A stretch of 64,000 nt of DNA from Dehalococcoidia bacterium (lineage in GTDB: Bacteria; Chloroflexota; Dehalococcoidia; UBA2979): positions 736,001 through 800,000 of the forward strand of contig OZ253555.1 of assembly GCA_965262725.1 (NCBI GenBank), read 5' to 3'. The translations under genes and the position numbers were made by a program. Below, piece by piece: positions 20,690 through 30,622 of this stretch (the stretch's first letter is position 1; every line of letters begins with the position of its first letter). A model generated the notes under the pieces. The model was given only the letters and a program-made list of their open reading frames with translations. It was not told the DNA's origin and searched no databases.

Positions 20690-22636
20690 ATGGCAGCAGC
20701 AGGCGACCCCTGTGCGAGCTACGACGCGGTGCTCGTGAGCAACGCCGGGATGCGGGCGCGGGACGGCACCTGGCTCGCGACCGACGTGTGGCGTCCCGCG
20801 CGAGACGGCGAGCCGCTCCCCGGCCCGTTTCCCGCGATTGTCACCCGCACGCCCTACAGCCGCCGGGCCGGGCCCGGGCGCTCGCCCCACGGCACGGGGA
20901 TGGCGTGGAACAGCGGCGAGTTCTGGGCGCGCCACGGCTACCTCGGCGTCGTGCAGGACGTGCGCGGTCGCTTCGACTCCGAGGGCGAGTTCGTGCTGAT
21001 CGCCAACGAGGGTCCGGACGGCTACGACGCCGTGGAATGGACGGCGGCGCTCCCCTACTGCGACGGCAACGTCGGGACGATGGGCACCTCCTACATGGGC
21101 TGGACGCAGTCGGCTGCGGCCGTCGAGCGTCCTCCCCACCTGCGCGCGATGTGGGTGAACCAGGGGGGGAGCGACGGCCGCGTGAGCGCCATCCGCCACA
21201 ACGGCGCGATGGAGCTGCGGTGGCTCGCGTGGGCGGTGTGCTTCGGCTCCGTCTCGCGCGAGGCGCTGGCCGACCCCTCTCTCGGTGCGGAGCTCGCCGA
21301 GCACGGGCGGGCGATGGGCGAGTGGCTCAGGCGCCTGCCGTGGCCGGCCGAGGGTGGCCCGCTCGCGCGCCTGCCGTCCTATGATCGCTGGGCGCGCGCC
21401 CTCTACGAGGGGGTCGACGACGAGGCGCTCTGGGCCGGCTCGGGCCTCGCTCCGGCCCGCCACTACGACCGGACCGCGGATGTGCCCACGGTCTATTCGG
21501 GTGGCTGGTACGACTCCTACACGCGCGCGACCACCGACTCCTACGCGGCGCTCGCCCCCCGGCTCGCCGGGCAGCGGCTGCTGATGGGGCCGTGGAACCA
21601 CGGCGCGCGCACAATGGACCTCGAGAGCGCCGGCGACGTCGACTTCGGGCCTGGGGCGACGATCGCGGGCTCGGGACTGCTGCCGCCCGGAGAGGGGCCC
21701 GTCGAGGGACAGCTTCACCTGCACCGGCGCTGGTTCGACCGCTGGCTGCGCGGCGTCGACAACGGCGTCGACCGCGAACCGCCGGTGCGTCTCTTCGTGA
21801 TGGGGGGCGGGGACGGCGGCCGCACGCCCGAGGGGCGGCTGCGTCACGGCGGCTCCTGGCGCGACGAGGCACAGTGGCCGCCGGAGCGCGCCGTGCCGAC
21901 GCGCTTCTACCTGCAGCCCGGTGGTCAGCTCGCGCAGGGGCGGCCGCCCACGGGTGGCGGCGCCTCCGAGCTGCGCTTCGATCCGCTCGACCCGCTGCCG
22001 ACGGTCTCGGCGAACACCTCCTCGCTCTATGAGCTGCTCGCACCGCCTGAGCGGGTGACTCTCGACTCGCCTCTCGTGCTGCTCCGCTCGCTCGTGACGA
22101 TGGGCGGCTCCGACCAGAGGACCCGCCCCGGCGTCTTCGGAGCGCGCGCGCCGTACGGCCCGCTCTCCGATCGCGCCGACGTGCTCTCCTTCGCGAGCCC
22201 ACCGCTTGAGCGCGATGTCGAGGTGGTCGGTCCCGTCGAGGCGGAGCTATATGTCTCGACCGATGTCCCGGACACGGACATCTTCGTGATGCTGCTCGAC
22301 CTCTACCCGCCCTCTCCGGAGTGGCCGGAGGGCTACCGGCTCAACGTCGCCGATGGGCTGCTCAGGCTCCGCTACCGCGAGGGCTTCGATCCGCGGCCTC
22401 TCCGGGCAGGCGAGCGCTACCGGGTCGCCGTGCCCCTCTACCCGACGGCGAACCGCTTCCGGGCCGGGCATCGCATCGGCCTCTGGGTCTCGTCGTCGTC
22501 GTTCCCCCGCTTCGACGTGAATCCGAACACGGGCGAGCCGCCGGGCCGGCACACGCAGACGCGCGTCGCGCACACGCGCATCCACCACGCCGCCGAGGCG
22601 CCGTCGATGGTGCGGCTCCCCGTCGTGCCGGCGTAG
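20690..22636 (+). CDS. CocE/NonD family serine hydrolase
   Basis: RTPY, QDVRGRFDSEG, GTSYMG nucleophile, GGWYD, GPWNH, SSSFPRFDVNPNTG. Confidence 0.93.
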   Translation: MAAAGDPCASYDAVLVSNAGMRARDGTWLATDVWRPARDGEPLPGPFPAIVTRTPYSRRAGPGRSPHGTGMAWNSGEFWARHGYLGVVQDVRGRFDSEGEFVLIANEGPDGYDAVEWTAALPYCDGNVGTMGTSYMGWTQSAAAVERPPHLRAMWVNQGGSDGRVSAIRHNGAMELRWLAWAVCFGSVSREALADPSLGAELAEHGRAMGEWLRRLPWPAEGGPLARLPSYDRWARALYEGVDDEALWAGSGLAPARHYDRTADVPTVYSGGWYDSYTRATTDSYAALAPRLAGQRLLMGPWNHGARTMDLESAGDVDFGPGATIAGSGLLPPGEGPVEGQLHLHRRWFDRWLRGVDNGVDREPPVRLFVMGGGDGGRTPEGRLRHGGSWRDEAQWPPERAVPTRFYLQPGGQLAQGRPPTGGGASELRFDPLDPLPTVSANTSSLYELLAPPERVTLDSPLVLLRSLVTMGGSDQRTRPGVFGARAPYGPLSDRADVLSFASPPLERDVEVVGPVEAELYVSTDVPDTDIFVMLLDLYPPSPEWPEGYRLNVADGLLRLRYREGFDPRPLRAGERYRVAVPLYPTANRFRAGHRIGLWVSSSSFPRFDVNPNTGEPPGRHTQTRVAHTRIHHAAEAPSMVRLPVVPA

Positions 22637-22649
22637 TGGGTCTGGGGCC

Positions 22650-23138
22650 GTGGAGCTCGCACCGGCGCTCGTCGCCTTCCTCGAGGAACAGCGCGTCGCC
22701 CGCTTCGCGACCATCGATGGCGACGGGCTCCCGCACGTGCTCCCGGTCTGCTACGCGCTCCTGCGAGGCCCTGACGAAGACTCCCTCTACTCGGTCGTCG
22801 ACGAGAAGCCGAAGCGGGGCGAGCCCCGCCGGCTGGCACGGCTGCGTCACCTGCTCCTCCATCCCCGTGCGGCGCTCCTGGTCGACGTCTGGGACGAGGA
22901 GTGGAGCCGCCTCGGCTGGGTGATGGTGCAGGGCGAGGTCGCCGTCTTCCACGGGGAGGAGGGCCTCGTCCCCGCGCCCGGCGAGGAGGAGCGCGCCCTC
23001 CAGGCATTGCGCCGCCGCTACCCGCAGTACCGCGCGATGGCCCTGGAGGGGCGGCCCCTCATCCGGTTGCGTCCCGGGCGCGTGCTGCACTGGGGCGGGG
23101 AGGAGAGCGCGCTCGCCCGCACCCGCGAGCCCCGCTGA
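22650..23138 (+). CDS. PPOX-class F420-dependent oxidoreductase (Rv0121/TIGR03668-like)
   Basis: RVARFAT...PHVLPVCYA, VDEKPK, LARLRH, WSRLGWV, RYPQY. Confidence 0.85.
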   Translation: MELAPALVAFLEEQRVARFATIDGDGLPHVLPVCYALLRGPDEDSLYSVVDEKPKRGEPRRLARLRHLLLHPRAALLVDVWDEEWSRLGWVMVQGEVAVFHGEEGLVPAPGEEERALQALRRRYPQYRAMALEGRPLIRLRPGRVLHWGGEESALARTREPR

Positions 23139-23141
23139 GTC

Positions 23142-23546
23142 CTACTCGACGACCGCCGTCGCCTCCACCTCGCAGAGGAAATCGGTCGAGGCGAGCCGTT
23201 CCACGCCGAGGAGCGTCGATGCCGGGCGCTTCGCGGTCGGGAGGAACTCGTCGCGGACGGCACGGCCGGCGGTGCGCGCCTCGTCGGAGAGCGAGACGAC
23301 GTACACGGTGACGCGCAGCACGTCCTCCCAGCCCGCCCCGGCCGCTTCGAGCGCGAGCTGCACGTTGCGGTAGCACTGCCGCATCTGTGCGAGCAGGTCG
23401 CCGGCGCCCACGACCTGCCCGCTCGCGTCCAGCGGCACCTGGCCTGCGGTCATGACCAGGCGCCCAGGTCCGGAGGAGACGACCTGGCTGAATTGTCCTC
23501 CGGGCGGCGGCGCGAGCCCTGGCGGATCGACGTGCTGCTTCGGCAT
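23142..23546 (-). CDS. RidA/YjgF family protein
   Basis: FSQVV, AGQVP, RPASTLLGVERL...CEVEATA. Confidence 0.9.
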   Translation of the reverse strand: MPKQHVDPPGLAPPPGGQFSQVVSSGPGRLVMTAGQVPLDASGQVVGAGDLLAQMRQCYRNVQLALEAAGAGWEDVLRVTVYVVSLSDEARTAGRAVRDEFLPTAKRPASTLLGVERLASTDFLCEVEATAVVE

Positions 23547-23662
23547 CCGTCCTCATCCCTGGTGCCGGCGTCGGCGTGGACGCATCCGGCGCGTTCGCGC
23601 AGTATACGCCCGCCTCGGTGGCGGTCCCTGTCCGCCGGGGCGCTGCGAGGCGGGGGGATCTG

Positions 23663-24454
23663 ATGGCCGTGCTCTCGGGCAAGGTGGCGCTGGTCACGGG
23701 GGGCGGCCGCGGCATCGGTCGCTGCGTCGCGCTCCGCTTCGCACGCGAGGGGGCCGAGGTCGCGGTCACGGGGCGCACGGCCGACGAGGTGGAGGAGACG
23801 GCCGCTCAGGCGCGCACCCTCGGCGTGCGCGCCGTAGCGATCGTCGGCGACCAGTCGCACGAGGACGATGCCCGCCGCATGGTGGAGCAGGCGGAGCACC
23901 AGCTGGGGCCGCTCGATGTCCTCGTCAACAACGCCGCTGTCGGGATCCGCTATGTGCCCGATCCGGAGATGCGCTGGGCGCACACGCTGAGCGTCGAGGA
24001 CTGGGACGCGGTCATCGCGATCAACCTGCGGGGCGTCTTCCTGGTGACGCGCTTCGCGTTGCCGGGGATGCGCTCGCGCGGGCGGGGGTCGATCGTCATG
24101 GTCTCCTCCGGTCTCGGCCGCCGCGGCGGACGCCAGTACGGGCCCTACAGCGTGTCGAAGTTCGGCGTCGAGGGGCTGATGCAGGTGATCGCCGTCGAGA
24201 ACGACGGGAGCGGCGTCCGCTGCAACTCGCTCGCCACCGGGGGCCTCACCAACAGCTCGGAAAAGTTCCTCGGGAAGCTCCCGTCCGAGCGACTCGCCGA
24301 GATCCTCCCGGCGAACATCTGCGAGGACTCGGTGCTCTACCTCGCGAGCGACGAGTCGGCGGGCGTGAGCGGGCAGGCACTCACCGCCGCGCTCTGGAAC
24401 GCCGAGCACGGGATCACGGTCGAGGCGCTGCGCGAGCGCCTGGCGCGCGAGTAG
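23663..24454 (+). CDS. Short-chain dehydrogenase/reductase
   Basis: TGGGRGIG, NNAA, YSVSK. Confidence 0.92.
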   Translation: MAVLSGKVALVTGGGRGIGRCVALRFAREGAEVAVTGRTADEVEETAAQARTLGVRAVAIVGDQSHEDDARRMVEQAEHQLGPLDVLVNNAAVGIRYVPDPEMRWAHTLSVEDWDAVIAINLRGVFLVTRFALPGMRSRGRGSIVMVSSGLGRRGGRQYGPYSVSKFGVEGLMQVIAVENDGSGVRCNSLATGGLTNSSEKFLGKLPSERLAEILPANICEDSVLYLASDESAGVSGQALTAALWNAEHGITVEALRERLARE

Positions 24455-24488
24455 CGCCCCCGGCGGGGCGAAGGCGGCGGGCGGCCCT

Positions 24489-25769
24489 GTGAGCGAGCAC
24501 TCGGATCGGGAGGTGGTCCGCGCGCACTACGAGGAGCTCCCGTACCCCGCGCGCGACCCGGAGGACGAGCGTCGGCGGCTGGTCCAGGACCCTCTCTCGC
24601 AGCTCGCGCTCGTCGATCACCTCTTCTGGGGTGGTCGGTGGCACGAGGGCGGCGGTCTCCGCGTGCTCGACGCGGGGTGTGGGACCGGCGACTCCGTGAT
24701 CTGCCTTGCTGAGCAGCTCCGGGGGAGCGCCGGCCAGATCGTCGCGCTCGATGTCTCGGAGGCCTCGCTTGCCGTGGCGGCGGCACGGGCCCGCGTGCGC
24801 GGACTCGAGGGGATCGAGTTCGTCCACGGCAGCATCGAGGATCTCCCCTCGCTCGGACTCGGGGAGTTCGACTACATCGTGGCACCGGGGGTGCTGCACC
24901 ACCTCGCCTCGCCCGAGGAGGGTCTGAGCCGGCTCGCGGAGACCCTGGCGCCGGACGGCGGGCTCGGAGTCAGGGTGTACGGGCGCTACGGGCGCACCGG
25001 CGTCTCCCAGGTGCGGGAGCTGCTCCGGATCCTCGCGCCGCCGGGTGAACCCACCAGTGCGCGCCTGCACACGGCTAGGCGTCTCCTCGCGCGGCTGCGC
25101 CGGGAGCATCCGGCCAGGGTGTACGCCGATGAGTGGGAGCGCGAACTCAGAGAGAACGGAGGCACCGACGGAGATGCGGCCCTCGGCGATCTCTTCCTGC
25201 ACCCACGGGAGCGCGCGTACACGGTCCCGGAGCTCTACGACTGGCTCGTAGGCTCCGGGCTGCGCCTCACTGCGTTCGACCCGCCCGGAGCCTACGAGCC
25301 GGGTTCCGAGCTCGACGCCACGCGCCTCTCCGTGCCGGAGCGGCATGCCCTCGCCGAGCTCCTGAACGGGCGCATGGGGCACCACCGCTTCTTCGCGCAA
25401 CGCGCGACGGCACCTGCGCCGCCCCGGGCGCGCTGGGACGACGAATCGGCCGTCCCGACGTGGGGTCGATTCGACCCGGAGGGGGAGCGTGACCGCCTCC
25501 TGGAGGAGGGAGTCGCGGTGACGGGGTATTCCGGCGAGACCCGAACACGGGTGCCGCTGACCCCCGTCGGCGTCGAGATCCTGCGGCGAGTCGACGGACA
25601 GCGTCCCCTTCGCGACATTCTCGATCGTATCGGTGCCGTCTCGGGAACGGCCGCTCGGAGCCGAGCCCGCCGGGAGTGGGAGCGTCTCCATCGGGAGCTC
25701 GGCGCCGTGAGCTATCTCGTGCTGAACCCGCCCCCGGATGCCGCGCGGTCCACGACGTTGTCGGCGTGA
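24489..25769 (+). CDS. Class I SAM-dependent methyltransferase
   Basis: HYEELPYP, VLDAGCGTG, GVLHHL, DLFLHPRE. Confidence 0.88.
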   Translation: MSEHSDREVVRAHYEELPYPARDPEDERRRLVQDPLSQLALVDHLFWGGRWHEGGGLRVLDAGCGTGDSVICLAEQLRGSAGQIVALDVSEASLAVAAARARVRGLEGIEFVHGSIEDLPSLGLGEFDYIVAPGVLHHLASPEEGLSRLAETLAPDGGLGVRVYGRYGRTGVSQVRELLRILAPPGEPTSARLHTARRLLARLRREHPARVYADEWERELRENGGTDGDAALGDLFLHPRERAYTVPELYDWLVGSGLRLTAFDPPGAYEPGSELDATRLSVPERHALAELLNGRMGHHRFFAQRATAPAPPRARWDDESAVPTWGRFDPEGERDRLLEEGVAVTGYSGETRTRVPLTPVGVEILRRVDGQRPLRDILDRIGAVSGTAARSRARREWERLHRELGAVSYLVLNPPPDAARSTTLSA

Positions 25770-25933
25770 GCAAGGTCCGGCGGCCGGGACCTCCTGGCTC
25801 GCCCGACCCCACGTAGCGCCCTCGGGGTCGGCCTGCGACGGGGAGTGGTGAGTCCCCGAGCACGACCGCCCGCCGATGTTGGGTTGTGTGTCGTGCCGCC
25901 GCCGCGGCAAGTCACGCCTACAGTGCCTGTGCG

Positions 25934-26866
25934 ATGCAGCAGAATCACTGGGCCCCGCCCGACTTCAGCGACATCGGCCTTCTCGCCACGGCGCGCGACA
26001 GCGTCTGCACGTCCGCCGCTCCGGTCGGGCGGTTGCGCGTCGTCGGTGAGGGCTTCTTCAGCGTCGCATTCGCCTCCGAGTCCGGCCACATCTTCCGTCT
26101 CGGCACGAGCCCCGACGTCGTCGCGCGCTACCGGAAGGAGTGGGACGTCCTGCCATGGCTGGCCGCCACGGGGCTCCCGGCCGCGAGCCCCGCGCCGTCG
26201 TGCCTCCTCGAGCCCGGGGAGAGCTTTCCGTTCGGTGGCATGAGCTACCCGATGCTCTCCGGCCGCGAGCTTCTCCCCGACGTCCTCGCCCGCTCGGATC
26301 GCGGCGCGCTGGCGCGGCAGATCGCCGCCTTCAACATCGCGATGCACCGGCTCCCGGTCGACGAGGGGTTCGGCGCCGGTCTCCCGGACGGGCGCGAGGT
26401 CGACCGAGCGTGGCTGAAGGCCTACCAGGGCTCTTCGGTCGATGCGCTCCGCGGCGTCCTCGATCCGGTCGAGCACGCGAAGCTCGTCCGCTGGTGGGAC
26501 GACATGCTCACCGACCGGCGCCTGAGCGACTACGAGCCGGTGGTCGTCCACGGCGACGTCGGGGACGAGAACCTGCTCGTGGACGACGACGGTCACCTCA
26601 TCGGCGTCCTCGACTTCGAGCACGCCGCGGTCGGCGATCCGATCCACGACTTCCGCCAGCTCCGTTACATCGACGAGAGCTTCATGGAGGAGGTCATCGC
26701 CGCGTACGTGACGCTCGGCGGGCAGATCGACGATGGGTTTCGCTACCGGATGGAGTGTGAGCGCCAGCTCGGCCCGTTCGGCGACATCCGGCGCGCGTGG
26801 GGCCGGGACGAGCATGCGCCGATCGAGCGCGCCCCGGCTCAGCTTCGGGCTGTGGGGGTGATTTAG
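25934..26866 (+). CDS. APH/choline-kinase family phosphotransferase
   Basis: VGEGFFS Gly loop, HGDVGDENLL, GVLDFE, GDPIHD. Confidence 0.88.
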   Translation: MQQNHWAPPDFSDIGLLATARDSVCTSAAPVGRLRVVGEGFFSVAFASESGHIFRLGTSPDVVARYRKEWDVLPWLAATGLPAASPAPSCLLEPGESFPFGGMSYPMLSGRELLPDVLARSDRGALARQIAAFNIAMHRLPVDEGFGAGLPDGREVDRAWLKAYQGSSVDALRGVLDPVEHAKLVRWWDDMLTDRRLSDYEPVVVHGDVGDENLLVDDDGHLIGVLDFEHAAVGDPIHDFRQLRYIDESFMEEVIAAYVTLGGQIDDGFRYRMECERQLGPFGDIRRAWGRDEHAPIERAPAQLRAVGVI

Positions 26867-27324
26867 CGGCGGCGGCGGCCCCCGAAGAAGGAGCGCACCG
26901 AGTTCCAGGCGCCGCCGCCGCCGACTCCGTCGAGGAAGTCTTTCCAGGCCTCCTCGGCGGATGCCGCGCGCCTGAGGCCGCGCACGCGCTCGTCGATGAT
27001 GTCGCGGACCCGCCCGTCCTCGCCGGCATCGAGCCAGAAGCCATGCTCCTCTTCGCAGACGTCGAGCTCGAGGTCGTATCCGCGGTAGTTGAAGGCGCTC
27101 ATCTGCCGCTGGCACACCGGGCAAAGCAGATCGGACTGGCGGTCGGCGTAGCGGATCGTGGCGCGGCGCACCCCCTCATCTGAGACGCGGGTCGCCTCCA
27201 GGTCGTCGAGCTCGTGGTGGTCGAGCCAGCGTCCGTTGCAGGTCGAGCAGTGGTCGACCTCGATGCCGTGGATTTGCGTCTCGACGAGCGCCGAGTTGTC
27301 CCGCGGGCAGCGAAGATCGGTCAT
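26863..27324 (-). CDS. Tandem zf-TFIIB-like zinc-ribbon protein
   Basis: CPRD...EVDHCSTCNGRWLD and CPVC...ELDVCEEEHGFWLDAGE; GAGGAG upstream. Confidence 0.8.
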   Translation of the reverse strand: MTDLRCPRDNSALVETQIHGIEVDHCSTCNGRWLDHHELDDLEATRVSDEGVRRATIRYADRQSDLLCPVCQRQMSAFNYRGYDLELDVCEEEHGFWLDAGEDGRVRDIIDERVRGLRRAASAEEAWKDFLDGVGGGGAWNSVRSFFGGRRRR

Positions 27325-27471
27325 GGGCGGGTCTCCTCTTCGGCGTCTCGTCGACCGGCCCCGGGTGGAGGCCGGTTTCCCACCGTCGATTCTATCGGAG
27401 CTTCGCCTGTTTCCTGAGCCCACCTGCGATCGCCGGGCCGTTGGGGGAGCTCGACCTGCTACGATGCGGCC

Positions 27472-27972
27472 ATGACGAGTCCCGTCGACGCGCGGCTCTA
27501 TCGCGACGCGATCGGGCGCTTCGCCACGGGTGTCACGGTCGTCACCGTCGACGACGGGCAGGAGCCCCGTGGGATGACGGCGAATGCCATCACGTCGGTG
27601 TCGCTGGATCCCGTCCTGCTGTTGGTCTGCGTCGCCAAGAGCGCCCGATCGCACGAGGCGCTCGCGATCCCACGCTCCTTCGGGGTCAACGTGCTCGCCG
27701 CGGATCAGCGCGAGCTCTCCGACTTCTTCGCGCGCTCGTCGACCGATGCGGAGACGCCGATGGGGGGCTGGCCCTATCGGACCGGATCGACGGGCGCGCC
27801 GATACTCGAGGGCGCCCTCGCGTGGTTCGAGTGCCGCGTCGCGGACTGGTTCCCCGGCGGCGACCACTCGATTGTGGTGGGCGAAGTCGTCGACCTCGCG
27901 CTCGAGCGCCCCGACGCCGAGCCGCTGCTCTTCCACGCCGGCGCCTACCGCCGACTCGGCGACCCCCTGTAG
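27472..27972 (+). CDS. Flavin reductase-like protein
   Basis: RFATGVTVVT, SVSLDP, GGDH, PLLF. Confidence 0.92.
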   Translation: MTSPVDARLYRDAIGRFATGVTVVTVDDGQEPRGMTANAITSVSLDPVLLLVCVAKSARSHEALAIPRSFGVNVLAADQRELSDFFARSSTDAETPMGGWPYRTGSTGAPILEGALAWFECRVADWFPGGDHSIVVGEVVDLALERPDAEPLLFHAGAYRRLGDPL

Positions 27973-28068
27973 CGCCGTCCCGGGGCCGCCACCTGTCCGC
28001 CGTCGCCGCCCACGGGAAGCCCGTGTAGACTCGGTGATGTCTGCGCGCACTGTGTCGCAGTCGTTCGC

Positions 28069-28145
28069 GGTGGGTGTCGCCTAGCGGTTAAGGCGCCAGG
28101 TTGTGGCCCTGGAGACCGGGGGTTCGAATCCCCTCACCCACCCCA
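28069..28145 (+). tRNA. tRNA-His (GTG)
   Basis: G-1 GTGGGTG, anticodon arm CCAGG TTGTGGC CCTGG, GGTTCGAATCC, 3' CACCCAC CCCA. Confidence 0.96.
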
Positions 28146-28224
28146 AAACAGGTCCGGTGCGCGGGGCGTCGTGGGCGCATGCTACGATCGATCGGCGCCC
28201 CCTTTCGCCGAGATCGGAGGCCCG

Positions 28225-29154
28225 ATGCGTGCGGCCCCGCTCGCGTTGACTCTCCTGGCAGCCGCGCTGCTCCTCCCCGTGCTGCTCGCCGCCTGCGGCG
28301 GCGGCGAGGACTCGGTTCAGGGCGACCTCCTCTCCGAGCGCTTCCTGCGCCTCGGCGAGGATCTGGAGACCGAGGTCGAGGTTTACGACGGCGCCCTCCC
28401 GCCGGCTCTCTCGGACGCGCTCAACCCCGGCAGGACGGAGGAGACCCCCGACGAGGATCTGGTGGCGCTGCCAGTGCACCCGAACGGCGTGCTGCTGGGG
28501 TCGTACCGGCTGAGGCGGGACGACGGGATCAACACCTTCATCCTCTTCTACGACGTGGACGGCGACGATCGAACGGTCGAGACGGCGCTCCGCGAGCAGC
28601 TCGACCAGTCGCCGTGGCAGGTGATCGGCGGGCAGTCGACCGAGTCCCTCTCCTGGGTGAGCTTCCAGAGCACCATCTCCGGTGACGTCGACGGCCAGGC
28701 CGCCATCACGCCGCTCCCGCCGGTCGAGAGCGAGGACGGCGGCACCCTCACGCTCTCCAACATCGTCTACTTCCTCAACGTCCAGCCAGCCATCCCGCCC
28801 GACCCGCGCCCCTTTGTGCTCCCGCCCTCGCGCGAGCCGCCCGCCGACTTCCCGTTGCCGTTCCTGCTCGAGGGGATGGACGTCCTGAGCATGGCGTGGC
28901 TCACGCAGCCAGGCTCGACGCTCTACCAGGCGACGTTGCTCTCTCGGGAGTCGTCGTTCGACGTGGCGGAGCGCTACCGGCAGGCCTTCACGTCTGCCGG
29001 CTGGGAGGTGCAGGAGGACCGCGCTGTCGGCTTCGCGACCGTGGTCTCCTTCGCCTCCGAGGACGGAACGGCGGTGGCGCAGCTCACCATCGACTCCTTC
29101 GAGGAGGATGACTCCTACACGGCGGTGCGGCTCCAGCTCCAGGAGGGAAGCTAG
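28225..29154 (+). CDS. Acidic lipoprotein of unknown function
   Basis: Signal peptide and lipobox LAAC; GGAGG SD; two roughly similar domains. Confidence 0.8.
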   Translation: MRAAPLALTLLAAALLLPVLLAACGGGEDSVQGDLLSERFLRLGEDLETEVEVYDGALPPALSDALNPGRTEETPDEDLVALPVHPNGVLLGSYRLRRDDGINTFILFYDVDGDDRTVETALREQLDQSPWQVIGGQSTESLSWVSFQSTISGDVDGQAAITPLPPVESEDGGTLTLSNIVYFLNVQPAIPPDPRPFVLPPSREPPADFPLPFLLEGMDVLSMAWLTQPGSTLYQATLLSRESSFDVAERYRQAFTSAGWEVQEDRAVGFATVVSFASEDGTAVAQLTIDSFEEDDSYTAVRLQLQEGS

Positions 29155-29236
29155 CCCCGCTTCCGAGGAGCGGTGCCGTCGTCCGGCGCCTGCCGTGCGA
29201 GCGTCGACGCCGCTCGCCGCGTGCGACAATCGCGCC

Positions 29237-29653
29237 GTGGTCGTGCCGATCGACGAACAGTGCGCCCATCGCCTCGGGCTCTTTCGCCCGGGTTGCGGTC
29301 GCGACGCCGTGGCCGCCTGCGTCTACTGCGGTGCTCCCTTCTGCGAGGAGCACGGCGAGAGGCACGAGGACTACGCCGACGTCTGCCTCAGGAAGCGCTG
29401 CCGGACGAAGTACGGTGACGTGCACGAGCACCGGGAGTTCGTCCGCCGCCACTCCAACTCCAACCGCATGTCGGTCTGCGCGCATCAGGACTGCCGCGAG
29501 CGGATGCAGCACCGCTGCGCGCGCTGCCTCCTCCAGTTCTGCGACGAGCACGTCGGGGAGCGCGACACCATCGACACGAACAATCCGAAGCGCGCCGAGG
29601 TGCGGGCGCTCGTCTGCGATCACTGCCACGATCGGCGCAAGCTCTGGCGCTAG
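29237..29653 (+). CDS. Cys/His-rich multi-zinc-finger protein (B-box/AN1-like)
   Basis: CVYCGAPFCEEH, CARCLLQFCDEH, CDHC. Confidence 0.75.
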   Translation: MVVPIDEQCAHRLGLFRPGCGRDAVAACVYCGAPFCEEHGERHEDYADVCLRKRCRTKYGDVHEHREFVRRHSNSNRMSVCAHQDCRERMQHRCARCLLQFCDEHVGERDTIDTNNPKRAEVRALVCDHCHDRRKLWR

Positions 29654-29686
29654 TCCTGCGGGCGCGGCGGCCCTGGTCGCCCGGGT

Positions 29687-30469
29687 CTAGCCGGCGACGA
29701 CGGGGTTGCTGAGGACGCCGACGCCCTCGACCTCCACCTCCACCACGTCGCCGGGGTGCAGTTCGACCGTCGTTCCGGGCGTCCCGGTGAAGAGCAGGTC
29801 ACCGCGCTCGAGCGTCATGTACTGCGAGATGAAGGAGATCGATCGCCGGATCGAGTGGACGAGATCCGCCGTGTGCGCCTCCTGCACGAGCTCCCCGTTG
29901 ACCCGGCCCACGAAGCCGATGTCGGATCCGTGTTGGATCTCCGTCTCCACCCACGGACCGATCGGGGAGAAGGAGTTCGCCGACTTCGCGCGCCACCACT
30001 GCGTGTCGTCGCGTTGCCAGTGGCGCGCCGAGACGTCGTTGCCGGCGGTGTAGCCGAAGATGTGGTGGTCGACCTCCGCCTCCGAGATGCGGTGCGCGCG
30101 CCGTCCGATGACGACCACCACTTCCGCCTCCTCGTCGACGCGACCGGCATCCGGCGGCAGCACGATCGGTTCGCCCGGGCCGATGATCGACGACGGCGTC
30201 TTGAGGAAGGGCTGCGGGGTCGGCGAGAGGGAGGCCTGCCCGCGGGCTCCCTGCGCGTGGCTGACGTAGTTCACGGCCATCGCGATGATCTTGCCCGGCT
30301 GCACGGGCGCGAGCAGCCGGATCTCGGAGAGGGGATGGCTCTCGCCGGTCGGCTCCAGCGATCCGAAGAGGCCGCCGCGGACGAGGTGCACCATGGACTC
30401 GGAGACGCGGGCGTAGCTGGTCTTGCGCCCCACACGGACTCGGGCGATGCGCACGTTGTACTCCCTCAC
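29687..30469 (-). CDS. Fumarylacetoacetate hydrolase family protein
   Basis: FLKTPSS, DEEAE, GYTAGNDVSAR, GDLLFTGTP. Confidence 0.92.
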   Translation of the reverse strand: MREYNVRIARVRVGRKTSYARVSESMVHLVRGGLFGSLEPTGESHPLSEIRLLAPVQPGKIIAMAVNYVSHAQGARGQASLSPTPQPFLKTPSSIIGPGEPIVLPPDAGRVDEEAEVVVVIGRRAHRISEAEVDHHIFGYTAGNDVSARHWQRDDTQWWRAKSANSFSPIGPWVETEIQHGSDIGFVGRVNGELVQEAHTADLVHSIRRSISFISQYMTLERGDLLFTGTPGTTVELHPGDVVEVEVEGVGVLSNPVVAG

Positions 30470-30622
30470 TGAACGTCGGCCTCATGCCCCGGGCGGTCAT
30501 CGCGGAGCGCGCGGGAGCGTACCATCGGCGGTGCGCGGCGGCGAGGCTGCGGTCGGCCCGTGCCCGGGTGCGTGCTAGGATGGCCTGCCTCGTCCGCCCG
30601 CTGAGAGAGTCGGAGCCCGGCG

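Noticed and set aside
25770-25933. Hairpin CCGACCCC...GGGGTCGG in the intergenic region as an ncRNA
   Set aside because: A single GC-rich stem with no recognisable family motif or U-tract; insufficient support.
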